Virus record (IMG/VR): IMGVR_UViG_3300020576_006124
Span: 32,001 to 96,000 of that record
Length of the DNA: 64,000 bases
DNA from: a virus
Lineage: Duplodnaviria; Caudoviricetes
Reading direction: 5' to 3' (one strand)
The position numbers and the translations under genes are program-made. Shown in pieces: positions 26,276 through 35,755 of this stretch (position 1 is its first letter; each line of letters begins with the position of its first letter). A model generated the notes under the pieces. The model made no database searches, was not told where the DNA came from, and worked only from the letters and a program-made list of their open reading frames with translations.

Positions 26276-27178
26276 ATGAGCCACTTAATTTTCAAGCTTT
26301 TAGAGAATGGAACACTCAAGAGGGGAGATGTTCCATCACATTTTCCCACTAGTATACAGTACTTAACCATTACTGGATCTAAGGCTTATGGTGTAAGTAA
26401 GGACAGTTCTGATTTAGATATATATGGATTCTGTATACCTAAAAAAGAGGATCTGTTTCCACATTTAAGGGGGGAAATACCTGGCTTTGGAATACAGAAA
26501 GGGAACTTTGAACAGTGGCAGATGCACCATATTAAGACAGAAGAAACAGAGTATGATTTTTCTGTTTATTCTATTATAAAGTATTTTCAACTTTGTATGG
26601 AAAATAACCCTAATATGGTTGATACTTTGTTTACTCCTTTAGATTGCGTTGTGCATTGTACTGAAATAGGAAGAATAGTTAGGGACAATCGAAAACTTTT
26701 CCTCAGCAAGCTCTCTTATCACAAATTTAGAGGATACGCATTTTCTCAACTTCATAAGATGTCGATTAAGACTGATCCTAAAAGTGAATCAAGGAAGAAA
26801 GACGTTGAAGATTTCGGAATAGATTTAAAGTTTGCTTACCATCTTGTAAGACTTGTTCTAGAATCTGAGCAGATTCTTAAATATGGAGATTTAGATCTAA
26901 GAAAAGATTCTAAACTTCTATCAGATATAAGGGGGGGTCTTCTTTCGAAGAGTGACATAACCAACATATTTGAATCTAAACAGAAAGAACTAGAGATTTT
27001 ATACAAAGAAAGTAATGTAATTCCTCATAAGCCTAAAGAAGATCAGATTAAATCTCTCCTCCTAGACTGCCTAGAGCAATATTATGGAAGCATTAGCTCT
27101 TTAGTTAAACTGGGTAATATAGAAGAAAAATTAATATCAAATATTGAAAATCTTATACATAGTTACAGGAACCAATGA
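26276..27178 (+). CDS. Pol-beta superfamily nucleotidyltransferase (YcgL/RlaP-like)
   Basis: ITGSKAYG..SSDLDIYG; ENNPN; KFAYHLVRL. Confidence 0.85.
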   Translation: MSHLIFKLLENGTLKRGDVPSHFPTSIQYLTITGSKAYGVSKDSSDLDIYGFCIPKKEDLFPHLRGEIPGFGIQKGNFEQWQMHHIKTEETEYDFSVYSIIKYFQLCMENNPNMVDTLFTPLDCVVHCTEIGRIVRDNRKLFLSKLSYHKFRGYAFSQLHKMSIKTDPKSESRKKDVEDFGIDLKFAYHLVRLVLESEQILKYGDLDLRKDSKLLSDIRGGLLSKSDITNIFESKQKELEILYKESNVIPHKPKEDQIKSLLLDCLEQYYGSISSLVKLGNIEEKLISNIENLIHSYRNQ

Positions 27179-27753
27179 AAGCAAAAAAAGAACCAGTATT
27201 TCATAGCACAGTACCAGAAGCTGTAAGGGTAGCTTTTATTGACTATTTAAATTGCTGTTATTCTTTAGGGTACAACTATCTAGATCTGAAATATAATTCT
27301 CTATCAAATTTACAATGGTGGGATGAAATCTTAAGAAAAAAAGTAATACAGGGCCTTCAAAAGCCGGAGAAGGGAGCCATAATAGAGCGAGTAATAACAG
27401 AAGAACTTACGGATATTGGTGTTTTACACGACTGTAGCATAGGTGATTTTATAGGATCTATAGAAAGCTTAAAAGATAGATACCCAGATTCCAGAGTTGT
27501 TTTAACTTCCAAGGAGGATTACGAAAGCTATAAGGATTATTACTTCTTAGCTTTAGAGTATAAACTAAGAATTCCTATTAGTGATAGGGAATATGAAGAA
27601 CAGTTAAGAGATTATAAATACTACATAGTACTAAACGAGTTTCTAAGAATTACTAGCCCTATAGCTAATATTGCTAAAAAACAGTGGCAAAAATATCAAA
27701 AATCTCAAAAACCGTTTACTCCAGATTTTTCTGATCTGAAGGATAAGGATTAA
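27175..27753 (+). CDS. Hypothetical protein, probable paralog of the next gene
   Basis: HSTVPEAV, LQWWD. Confidence 0.6.
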   Translation: MKAKKEPVFHSTVPEAVRVAFIDYLNCCYSLGYNYLDLKYNSLSNLQWWDEILRKKVIQGLQKPEKGAIIERVITEELTDIGVLHDCSIGDFIGSIESLKDRYPDSRVVLTSKEDYESYKDYYFLALEYKLRIPISDREYEEQLRDYKYYIVLNEFLRITSPIANIAKKQWQKYQKSQKPFTPDFSDLKDKD

Positions 27754-27758
27754 TTAAA

Positions 27759-28340
27759 GTGTCTTCTAGAGCAGTATCTTACCATCACACAGTCCTTCCT
27801 GAAGTGAAGGAAATAATAGAAACCCATGCTTATTTCCTTAATAATATCTTGAAAGATGAAATATTAATAGGATTAACAGATTTTGAGCTACTTGTTTTTA
27901 GAGATTCACCGTTTATTTTCTTTACTTTTGAAGATTTGGAATCTGTAACTTGGTGGGACATTAGTCCTCTAGCTAAAAGCGTAGGTTACTGGGGTTTAAA
28001 TGGAAAAACTACAGAGACCCCTCTTTTACCTGTAACTAGCCATTACTACCGAGAGCCTATTAATTTAATTAAACTAATACCCTTAATATTAACTCAGTTG
28101 CAGAAGGATCCTTCTGCAACTGTTTCCTTTACATCATACCCACGAGAAAACCTTGTTGTTTCATGTACAACAGAGAAAGATCTATCTGACTCTGAGAAAG
28201 AGTTGATTAAAGCCTTAAAAATAATCTACCAAAAAGAGGAGGAAATATATCAACTATTCGTTACTATATTTAAACCACTAGAAGAAAACTATAGTAGGTT
28301 TCTTGATAATCGAATATTTGATATTAATAAACAATACTAA
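27759..28340 (+). CDS. Hypothetical protein
   Basis: HHTVLPEV, VTWWD. Confidence 0.6.
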   Translation: MSSRAVSYHHTVLPEVKEIIETHAYFLNNILKDEILIGLTDFELLVFRDSPFIFFTFEDLESVTWWDISPLAKSVGYWGLNGKTTETPLLPVTSHYYREPINLIKLIPLILTQLQKDPSATVSFTSYPRENLVVSCTTEKDLSDSEKELIKALKIIYQKEEEIYQLFVTIFKPLEENYSRFLDNRIFDINKQY

Positions 28341-28343
28341 CTT

Positions 28344-28739
28344 ATGAGCAAGATAGATCCTAGAAAAAGCATTACCTATATAAAAGCACTGAAAAGAAAG
28401 GACGAAGCTCTAAATGAGCTTAGTAAAGTATCCAGAGCCTTAGAACTAAAAGCCAAAAAAAGATGGTCAGGTAAGTTTTTCAAAATAGAGCAGGCTCATT
28501 TAAATGAGTATTTCATACTCGGATTTATGGATAGTGGGGGTACTATTACTAAAATAAAAGAGTATGGAAAAGATCTCTCTGTGGAAGATAGATATTATTC
28601 TATAGAAGTAAACAGGTATAAAATAGAGGCATCCGAACTTCTTTGGAATGATACCTGGATTCCATCTAATAGAAAGGAGTGGAACGATTTAATTATAAGA
28701 TTCATGGAGTGGCTAAACTTTGGCTCTCCTAATAGTTAA
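28344..28739 (+). CDS. Hypothetical protein
   Basis: 131-aa ORF. Confidence 0.55.
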   Translation: MSKIDPRKSITYIKALKRKDEALNELSKVSRALELKAKKRWSGKFFKIEQAHLNEYFILGFMDSGGTITKIKEYGKDLSVEDRYYSIEVNRYKIEASELLWNDTWIPSNRKEWNDLIIRFMEWLNFGSPNS

Positions 28740-28799
28740 CATCTTCATTTTAATTTTCTATTGAGTTATTCAATGCTAGAATAACAAGGTATTAAAGGC

Positions 28800-29117
28800 A
28801 TGAAGAAACCTCTAGTTAGCAAAGTTATTGTAGGAGCAATTGAGAAGGGGATTTCTATTCCCCCAATTAGATCTAATAATAGTAACAGCCTAGACAAAAA
28901 ATACCCCCTTCCTTTAGAGAAAATGGAAGTGAACGATTGTATTCGTCTTAATTTAACATTATCCAAAGAAGATAATGGAAAAGTACAACAAAATATTTAC
29001 CAAGCTATCCTAAGGAAGAGAAAGATTTGTCCAGAAATTACTACTTATAAGTTCGCCGTTAGACAACTGTCAAAAGCAGATAAGAAAGTTACCCTGGGAA
29101 TTTGGAGGATTAGATGA
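28800..29117 (+). CDS. Small basic protein, possibly DNA-binding
   Basis: IEKGISIPP...KYPLPLEKMEVNDC...KFAVR...GIWRI pattern of small phage proteins. Confidence 0.55.
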   Translation: MKKPLVSKVIVGAIEKGISIPPIRSNNSNSLDKKYPLPLEKMEVNDCIRLNLTLSKEDNGKVQQNIYQAILRKRKICPEITTYKFAVRQLSKADKKVTLGIWRIR

Positions 29118-29326
29118 GAAGCTACTCTGTATCTATACATGCTAATCTTAGTATTGATGTTGAGGAGGATCTTGCAACTCTTTCTAAGTCTGTACTTCTT
29201 GACAAATTATATAGTAAATTTGATTTAATATGTTCCGATCCAGAAACTAAAGAAGAGTTGTTTCTTGACACTATGGAGATAACTGACGTATGGGATAACG
29301 AAAGAGAGGAGGAGATTCTTCTATAG
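29114..29326 (+). CDS. Small acidic hypothetical protein
   Basis: 70-aa ORF, ATGA overlap. Confidence 0.55.
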   Translation: MRSYSVSIHANLSIDVEEDLATLSKSVLLDKLYSKFDLICSDPETKEELFLDTMEITDVWDNEREEEILL

Positions 29327-29403
29327 AACTGTTAAACAAGGTAGACTCTTTAAATATAGCGGCTTCTGGTGGATTTGGAAATCATCTTAAATCTTGGAAT
29401 ACC

Positions 29404-29901
29404 TTGGACAGCTTCAAGAAGGATGTTCTAGTAAGCCTTAACAGAATTAAAGACTTCTTCTCCTTAAGAACCTGTAGTAAACCTGGAAGGGACTATCCTG
29501 ACTACTGCTTCTTTACTCCCGCTTATGATATAGAGCGACTAGTCAATCTTTGGGTAGAGAAGTACCAATGTCCCTTAGAAGACATTAGAATCTATGAGTC
29601 CACTTATGGGTACAACAGTATTTTACAGGGTGAAATAAGAAGATCAGAAAAGTACTTTGATCTAACTTACTCTTTAAGTCCTCTACCTCTTATGAGACAA
29701 GCTTTTAGAGAGGATATACACTACTGTTCTGGATTGAAGGCTTTTTTAATGGTTAAAAATTCTATGGATGATTATTCTTGGGAAAGATTAAACTTCCTTT
29801 TAGATATCTACCCTGACTCCATTATAGAATTCTCTGTACTCGATAAGCCTTTAGGGTCTCATTACTCCAATACAATCATCTGGGAGGTTAGAAATTATTA
29901 A
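29404..29901 (+). CDS. Hypothetical protein (frame open from 29299; possible ATA start at 29323)
   Basis: 165 aa from TTG; ends IIWEVRNY. Confidence 0.6.
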   Translation: MDSFKKDVLVSLNRIKDFFSLRTCSKPGRDYPDYCFFTPAYDIERLVNLWVEKYQCPLEDIRIYESTYGYNSILQGEIRRSEKYFDLTYSLSPLPLMRQAFREDIHYCSGLKAFLMVKNSMDDYSWERLNFLLDIYPDSIIEFSVLDKPLGSHYSNTIIWEVRNY

Positions 29902-30106
29902 TACGTTATTTCTTCTGATTATACTTTTAATCCCATGGTCTCTTCTATTCTATTACTATTTTAAATATATACATTTATTCTATGAGAATAAAAAGATTTC
30001 ACTAAAGTATGAGCATCTTTCTCAAGATTTCCAAAATCTCCTTTCTCTTTTAAGTAAGTATTCCAGAGAAAGGGATAGTAACGGAAGATTCAAGAAAAAA
30101 CTCTAG
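29894..30106 (+). CDS. Possible small membrane protein with an ATT start
   Basis: Open frame INTLFLLIILLIPWSLLFYYYF...RERDSNGRFKKKL; GGAGG at 29883-29887; no ATG. Confidence 0.35.
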   Translation: MINTLFLLIILLIPWSLLFYYYFKYIHLFYENKKISLKYEHLSQDFQNLLSLLSKYSRERDSNGRFKKKL

Positions 30107-30116
30107 TTATTTTTAA

Positions 30117-30195
30117 CTGCGTATAGAGGAGCTTGGTTTATCTCGCCTTCTTTGGGAGAAGGAGCACGTCAGTTCGAATCTGACTACGCAGACCA
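30117..30195 (+). tRNA. tRNA-Pro(UGG)
   Basis: Acceptor CTGCGTA/TACGCAG; anticodon arm ccttc-ttTGGga-gaagg; gtcagTTCGAATctgac T-arm; encoded CCA. Confidence 0.93.
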
Positions 30196-30219
30196 GTTTT
30201 AACTCCTACTTGGGGTTAT

Positions 30220-30906
30220 TTGAAAGGAAAAGTAAAACGTATAATGCCAGAGATAGAAGTTTGTGTAGTATCAGACATTCATGGGTATATCCCCTCAAAT
30301 GTTCCTGATTGTGATTTATTTATAGTTGCAGGGGACTTAACACATGAAGGAAGAAACGGAGTTAAAGGGGCCTCTTGGATTAATAAAAAGTTTGTACCTT
30401 TCGCTGAAGATCTTAAACGGAGAGGAATACAAGTTTTAGTTATTGCAGGAAACCACGACTATTGTTTCCAAACCCATTGGCACCTATTACAACCTAATGT
30501 CCCCTGGAAATATCTAGAAAATACTGCTTTCCATTTTAAAGGGCTGAAGATTTGGGGAAGTCCTTGGACCCCTTTCTTTTTTAACTGGGCTTTCAATACT
30601 ACTGAATCTGATCTTAAAAGAATGTACTCTGCTATTCCTAAAGATACAGATATATTAATAACACACGGCCCCCCAAAAGGAATTTTAGATCTTTCCCCTT
30701 ATGGAATGGTAAATGCTGGATCTACGTCTTTAAAAGATATTATTCCAACCTTAACGAATCTTAAGTTACATATTTTTGGTCATATTCACCATTCGAGAGG
30801 GGAACTAAGAACAGATTCTGGTCTGATTCATGTTAATGCATCATATGTAAAAGAGGATTATAAGCCTCATGGTTCTCCTTTACAAATCTTCAAATTAAGT
30901 GTTTAA
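30220..30906 (+). CDS. Metallophosphoesterase
   Basis: SDIHG, AGDLT, AGNHD, ITHGPP, FGHIH. Confidence 0.9.
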   Translation: MKGKVKRIMPEIEVCVVSDIHGYIPSNVPDCDLFIVAGDLTHEGRNGVKGASWINKKFVPFAEDLKRRGIQVLVIAGNHDYCFQTHWHLLQPNVPWKYLENTAFHFKGLKIWGSPWTPFFFNWAFNTTESDLKRMYSAIPKDTDILITHGPPKGILDLSPYGMVNAGSTSLKDIIPTLTNLKLHIFGHIHHSRGELRTDSGLIHVNASYVKEDYKPHGSPLQIFKLSV

Positions 30907-31318
30907 AATTATGTATTCTCTCCATCCTCTAAGCTTAGTTCTTCCTTACTACCTAAGACCCTCTTATTTTAATGGGTGTCTTACTATTTTCTCTCCTGAG
31001 ACACTAAAGTACTATACTATAGATTTAAAGAAATCATTTCAACACAACTCTACTCCAATAATTTGCATATTAGAACACCTTAAGCTGGAGTTATCTTCTT
31101 ATTCTACCAAACTTTCCTCTAACAAATTATTTCACCCTTCTCATTCTTCATACTGGGAATACTGTGAATGTAGAGAAGTTATTAATAGTTTAAGTATATT
31201 AAACGCCTCACAGGAGGATATACTTTCTTCTTTTGAGGTAGCCTTTAGATTTCTAAAATTAAATAACAACCTTAAACAAGAAAAACCAAAGCCTTTATTA
31301 TTCTCAGGAAGGGATTAA
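30899..31318 (+). CDS. Hypothetical protein
   Basis: 139-aa ORF. Confidence 0.5.
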   Translation: MFKIMYSLHPLSLVLPYYLRPSYFNGCLTIFSPETLKYYTIDLKKSFQHNSTPIICILEHLKLELSSYSTKLSSNKLFHPSHSSYWEYCECREVINSLSILNASQEDILSSFEVAFRFLKLNNNLKQEKPKPLLFSGRD

Positions 31319-31324
31319 TAGAAA

Positions 31325-32437
31325 ATGGATCTAAAAAAAATTAAAGGAAAAGTCTTAGTACTCGAAAACGATGATATTTTACTGTTTGTTTCGGTTACTA
31401 AGCAGGGTATTAAAACTACCCGCACAACTTCTGAGGGAGAAGAAACCACTTTCTTCTTAGACGAGAATGGAATTCTTGAGTTTATGACTCAGGAAGAACT
31501 AGAAGATCTTTGTACTCCTAAGAAAAAAGAAAAACCTTTACCTTTTAATAATCCAATTCTTTTAAGGATTTATCCCCATCTAAAAAAAAGTGAGAATCTT
31601 CTAGAGTTATTAGGGGTAGATTCTGAGGAAGGACTACCTACAACTGAGGAAGAGTTTCTAAACTGGTATTGGCATACCAGACTATCTAATTGCAAAAGAT
31701 GTTCTCTTTGTGAGTCTAGAACTAACGTTGTAAAATATGATGGCAAAGTTTCAGCTAAGATTATGGTAGTAGCAGAGGGGCCTGGATTTCTAGAGGATCT
31801 TACAGTTCTTCCTATGGTAGGCTACAATCAACTACTGGTTAGCAGATGCAATACGTGTGAGGAAGTTAAGAGGTGTTTCTCTCATAGACTATTAAAGTCC
31901 CCCACCTCTTGGGGTGGAAGGTCTAAAATAGTAGAGTGTAAGTATAAGAAGAGTAATACCCCCTTATTACAACCTAAGAAATTCTTTATTAGATCTGCTG
32001 GTCAGGTAATAGATGGCGTACTAAACTCTATAGATCACTCCTTAAAAAGACAGTCCTATTATGACGCGCAAGGGATTTCAAAAGAAAGCCTCTTCTTTTT
32101 TACAAACGTTGCCCTATGTAGAACTAAAGATCTTTCTGGATTGAAAGACCAAACTCCAGACTCCTTAACTATCAAGCAGTGTAGAATAAATCTCCTTGTT
32201 CAATTAGCTTGTGTTCAGCCTGAGGTAGTTTTGCTGTTAGGAACTGTATCAGCAAAAGCGTTTCATATGGAGACTTCTCCGTTTAGAACTTTAGTTGATT
32301 CAAGATACGGCTGTAAAATAATAAAAGACAGACATCCCGCCTTTATTATGAGATTAGAAACACCTCAAGAAAAGGCAAGTGGCTATGCTCTGCTTAGAAA
32401 AACTTTCAAAGACGCAATAGAATATGTTGGAAACTAA
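31325..32437 (+). CDS. Family 4 uracil-DNA glycosylase with N-terminal extension and Cys-rich insertion
   Basis: CKRCSLCESRTNVV, AEGPG, RSAG, TNVALCR, LLLG, RHPA. Confidence 0.85.
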   Translation: MDLKKIKGKVLVLENDDILLFVSVTKQGIKTTRTTSEGEETTFFLDENGILEFMTQEELEDLCTPKKKEKPLPFNNPILLRIYPHLKKSENLLELLGVDSEEGLPTTEEEFLNWYWHTRLSNCKRCSLCESRTNVVKYDGKVSAKIMVVAEGPGFLEDLTVLPMVGYNQLLVSRCNTCEEVKRCFSHRLLKSPTSWGGRSKIVECKYKKSNTPLLQPKKFFIRSAGQVIDGVLNSIDHSLKRQSYYDAQGISKESLFFFTNVALCRTKDLSGLKDQTPDSLTIKQCRINLLVQLACVQPEVVLLLGTVSAKAFHMETSPFRTLVDSRYGCKIIKDRHPAFIMRLETPQEKASGYALLRKTFKDAIEYVGN

Positions 32438-33179
32438 TATGAAAAACTCAAAAGAAGACAATAAAGTACTAGAGCTTGTCCTGAGAACTGCTAATTTAGA
32501 TAGGTTAGAACAAGCAATTCTTCAATACCAGAAAGGTGTTTATACAAAGGATAGAAAAGACTTTAGACCATCTGTTTCTACCAATGAATTAAAAACATGG
32601 TCTCTATACTTTACTAAAGAGAAAAATAAGAAATCATGTCTTGCTATAGAATATTTAAGGAACTTGTGGTCTTTATCTAATTCATTTATGAGTTCTTATT
32701 CAAATCTTATAAATTACTTGAATCGAAATGCCTCATCTTTTGCGAGTAAGGTACGTTTTGAGTATTTATACCAAACCTTATTAGAGGGTACCGATTCTTA
32801 TCAGAAACTTAGGGACTTCTTGGGAATTGAGACAGTCTCTAAAATCAAACTAGGACTAAGTACACTAAGGAGTACTTATTTAAACCCTGAGGATCTTAGA
32901 ATTGACATAAGTGAGGAGGAATGGACTCAAATTCAGGACTCCAGAAATTTAATTATAGCCTTTGGCTTATTTCTCTCTTCCCCATTGGTTACTAAGGTAC
33001 TTTCTGATTCTAGCGAAGACCATACAACTGAAGAGGTTCATTTTAACGTATTTCAGTTTAATGTTGCATCTGATTTTCCAAACTTACCAAGACCTAATTT
33101 TAAGTTTAAAGCTAAAACAGATCTTTATGCTGAGTCTATGTTAAATGAAATTAAAAAGATTAAAGACTTGTCTTTATAG
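32424..33179 (+). CDS. Hypothetical protein
   Basis: 251-aa ORF. Confidence 0.6.
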   Translation: MLETNMKNSKEDNKVLELVLRTANLDRLEQAILQYQKGVYTKDRKDFRPSVSTNELKTWSLYFTKEKNKKSCLAIEYLRNLWSLSNSFMSSYSNLINYLNRNASSFASKVRFEYLYQTLLEGTDSYQKLRDFLGIETVSKIKLGLSTLRSTYLNPEDLRIDISEEEWTQIQDSRNLIIAFGLFLSSPLVTKVLSDSSEDHTTEEVHFNVFQFNVASDFPNLPRPNFKFKAKTDLYAESMLNEIKKIKDLSL

Positions 33180-34011
33180 GAACCTGAGAGAACGGGAGTT
33201 TTATTTCTCCCCGTATCTGAATATTCTACATAGCCCTAATCTTTCTGGAAAGACTAATCTTTTTAGGGCGCTAGAGTCTCTATGTTTCTTTAATACAATT
33301 AAGTATGAGGATGATATAACGTGGGGATTTGAGAAATCTGGGGAGGATATTACCCTCGAATTAGAAACTTCAGACTACACACTAAAGAGAACTATATCCA
33401 AATCAGAACAAACCTTTGAGCTAGGAGATCATTTCATCAAAGGTATAAAGGATGCTGAGCGTATCTTACAAAAAGAAACTAGGTTTAAACCCTATGGCTT
33501 TCTAAAAGACTTCAAAAACCTGAACTTTTTCCAAGCTAGACAAACCCTTCTTCTTTCTCAAAATACACCTCAAGAACTTTATAAGCTATTTTCTACTCTA
33601 TATGGGGTCAGCTTTTTTACTGATAATCTAAAGAAACATAAGAAGGACCTGCAGACTCAAGAGACAATTCTTTTAAACACCAATAAAGAATTGGAGAGGC
33701 AAGAAGAGAATGTTTCTTCTTTGAGGGAGGAACTAAGTTTTGTCGAGAGTCAGATTAAAGAGAAGGAAAACCTAGTTCTATTATTAGGTGCTCTTGACTC
33801 AGAAAAAAGAGTGTTAGATGAAGAGATTTCGTCGCTAGAGACTTTGTCCAGAGAGCTAGTATTTTCTTTATTCGTAAAAGATAGTACAAGCGATTTATCA
33901 ACCTTAATACTGGATATTCAGACCTTACTTATACCTGTCGGTCCTTTAACTAAAGAGGTTATTAATTCCAAATATGAAAAAGTATGTCCTACCTGTAAAA
34001 GACCGATTTGA
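33145..34011 (+). CDS. Rad50/SbcC-like ATPase, N-terminal half ending at the Zn hook
   Basis: LNILHSPNLSGKTNLFRAL (Walker A), FFQ Q-loop, coiled coil, terminal CPTCKRPI. Confidence 0.85.
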   Translation: MKLKRLKTCLYRNLREREFYFSPYLNILHSPNLSGKTNLFRALESLCFFNTIKYEDDITWGFEKSGEDITLELETSDYTLKRTISKSEQTFELGDHFIKGIKDAERILQKETRFKPYGFLKDFKNLNFFQARQTLLLSQNTPQELYKLFSTLYGVSFFTDNLKKHKKDLQTQETILLNTNKELERQEENVSSLREELSFVESQIKEKENLVLLLGALDSEKRVLDEEISSLETLSRELVFSLFVKDSTSDLSTLILDIQTLLIPVGPLTKEVINSKYEKVCPTCKRPI

Positions 34012-34972
34012 AATTCTCTATTTTGGGGATGCCCATTTTCATAATTCCAAAGCCGCCTGCTCCCCAGAAGTAACCCCAGAAAAATATCTAGAACTGCTGG
34101 ACCAACTTCTTTACCATTTTGATTCGGATATAGTTATTTGTGGGGGGGATTTCTTCCACCTCCCACAATACCCAAGAGACTTTACTGTTAAAGTTATATC
34201 TAAGATAGTTTCAGCTTTAGGTCGTCATACTCAACTTATTTGGTGTTTGGGGAATCATGATATATTTGGGTACTCTAATTCTTCTTTTAATGAGACTATA
34301 CCTGGGCTACTAAAAATAACCCTAGAGGAACTAGCTCAATCAAAGAGCTTAGTTCCTACAAAACCGCTTTTGGGAATTGAAGAAAGCGGAATTTCCTTCT
34401 CCTCCAAAGAGTATGGGAATCTAGATTTATTCTTATTTGACTCTAAGACTAATCTTGAAGCTTACAAAAGATTTATAGGAAATTATTCATCTAGTACTCC
34501 ATTTATCACCTGTGGACATCAAAGAGTTGGGCCAGAAGAATCATATTATTGTCAAGGCTTTAAGAGCCTTCCTTATAGGAATAACCAAGTTATATCATTT
34601 TGGGCGGATATTCATGAACCTTTCCTAGAAAGGAATGATTTTGGAAATCCAGTAATTAATAATGGGAGTATCTGTAGAAGAACTATTTCTGAGGAATATC
34701 CTTCTCATATCTATAGAATCCAAGTTGACTTAAGTGCAACTCTACCGATAGAATCTATTACCAGAATAGATTTAAACTTTAATAGAGGAACTTTAGTTTT
34801 TCCTAAAAAGAAGAAGGACTTAAAAACAGAGCAAATATCATCTTCAGAGTCTTTATTCACATCTGAGAAAGATTATAGATCCTTAGATTTTCTAAAGTCT
34901 TTATTTAATACCAGAGACTATGACCCTATATTAGAAAAAATTCATAACGAAATGAAATCTTTGGAGAGCTAG
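33974..34972 (+). CDS. Mre11/SbcD-like nuclease
   Basis: GDAHFH, GGDFFH, GNHD, GHQ, ADIH, NNGSICR. Confidence 0.88.
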   Translation: MKKYVLPVKDRFEILYFGDAHFHNSKAACSPEVTPEKYLELLDQLLYHFDSDIVICGGDFFHLPQYPRDFTVKVISKIVSALGRHTQLIWCLGNHDIFGYSNSSFNETIPGLLKITLEELAQSKSLVPTKPLLGIEESGISFSSKEYGNLDLFLFDSKTNLEAYKRFIGNYSSSTPFITCGHQRVGPEESYYCQGFKSLPYRNNQVISFWADIHEPFLERNDFGNPVINNGSICRRTISEEYPSHIYRIQVDLSATLPIESITRIDLNFNRGTLVFPKKKKDLKTEQISSSESLFTSEKDYRSLDFLKSLFNTRDYDPILEKIHNEMKSLES

Positions 34973-35175
34973 TGGAACTTATAGAAATACCAGAATTCCT
35001 TCTTCAGAAACTTAGAAAAAGAATACCAACTTTTGAGTCGAAAGATCTTTACTCAGTCCAAGAGATACAGACAATATTAGAGGAGCTAAAAGTACAGAAG
35101 GAGGTTCTTCATCAAAACAGAGTTAAAGTCCTTTCTGAGTTAGAGGAGTTAAAAACAAAGTACTTAAATGGTTGA
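34972..35175 (+). CDS. Small coiled-coil protein
   Basis: 67-aa ORF between the Mre11 gene and the Rad50 C-half. Confidence 0.5.
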   Translation: MELIEIPEFLLQKLRKRIPTFESKDLYSVQEIQTILEELKVQKEVLHQNRVKVLSELEELKTKYLNG

Positions 35176-35755
35176 AGAGTTAAAATTAGAGATTAATGAT
35201 CTGAGAGTAAGAAAGATTCTTTTAGAGAAAGACTTAGAGAGGATCAAGTCAGCCACCTCAGAACTTTACTCAACGAAGAAGTCCGCTGAGGAATTTATTT
35301 CACTTCATAGGGATTATGTTTTTGTTCTTACTAAAATAGTAGACTCTGTTGTAGAACAAATCAAGAGCTTCTCTGAAGCTCAGACTAGAAACCTAGATCT
35401 TCTATTCCCTGAAAAGAAGTATCATTGTGAGTTTGAATTTGTAAAAGACTCAGAAGGGTACTACAAAGAGATAAAGTATAAGGTATACTCTAACGGTAAG
35501 CTGATAAAAGACTTAGAGTCTCAGGAAGGTGCAAGCTTACTCAATATCAACTCCAGCCTATCTCTCATAGAGATAGTATCATCAGGGCAGATAGGCCCTA
35601 AAATACTTTTTCTGGATGAGTCTTTCGCTAACTTAGATTCCAGTAATTGGGCTAAGCTTGAGCCTTATTTAGAAGAAATTTGTAGAGAAAAAGATTTACA
35701 ATTATTCTTAATTAGCCATCATACACCACTTTCGGAAAACGTAATAACAATATGA
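35168..35755 (+). CDS. Rad50/SbcC-like ATPase, C-terminal half
   Basis: Coiled coil, degenerate signature SQEGA, Walker B LFLDESFANLD, H-loop LISHH. Confidence 0.85.
   Translation: MVEELKLEINDLRVRKILLEKDLERIKSATSELYSTKKSAEEFISLHRDYVFVLTKIVDSVVEQIKSFSEAQTRNLDLLFPEKKYHCEFEFVKDSEGYYKEIKYKVYSNGKLIKDLESQEGASLLNINSSLSLIEIVSSGQIGPKILFLDESFANLDSSNWAKLEPYLEEICREKDLQLFLISHHTPLSENVITI

Noticed and set aside
28755-28790. Sigma-70 promoter upstream of 28800
   Set aside because: TGcTAGAAT could be an extended -10, but the nearby TTGAGT is only 10 nt away; insufficient support in AT-rich DNA.
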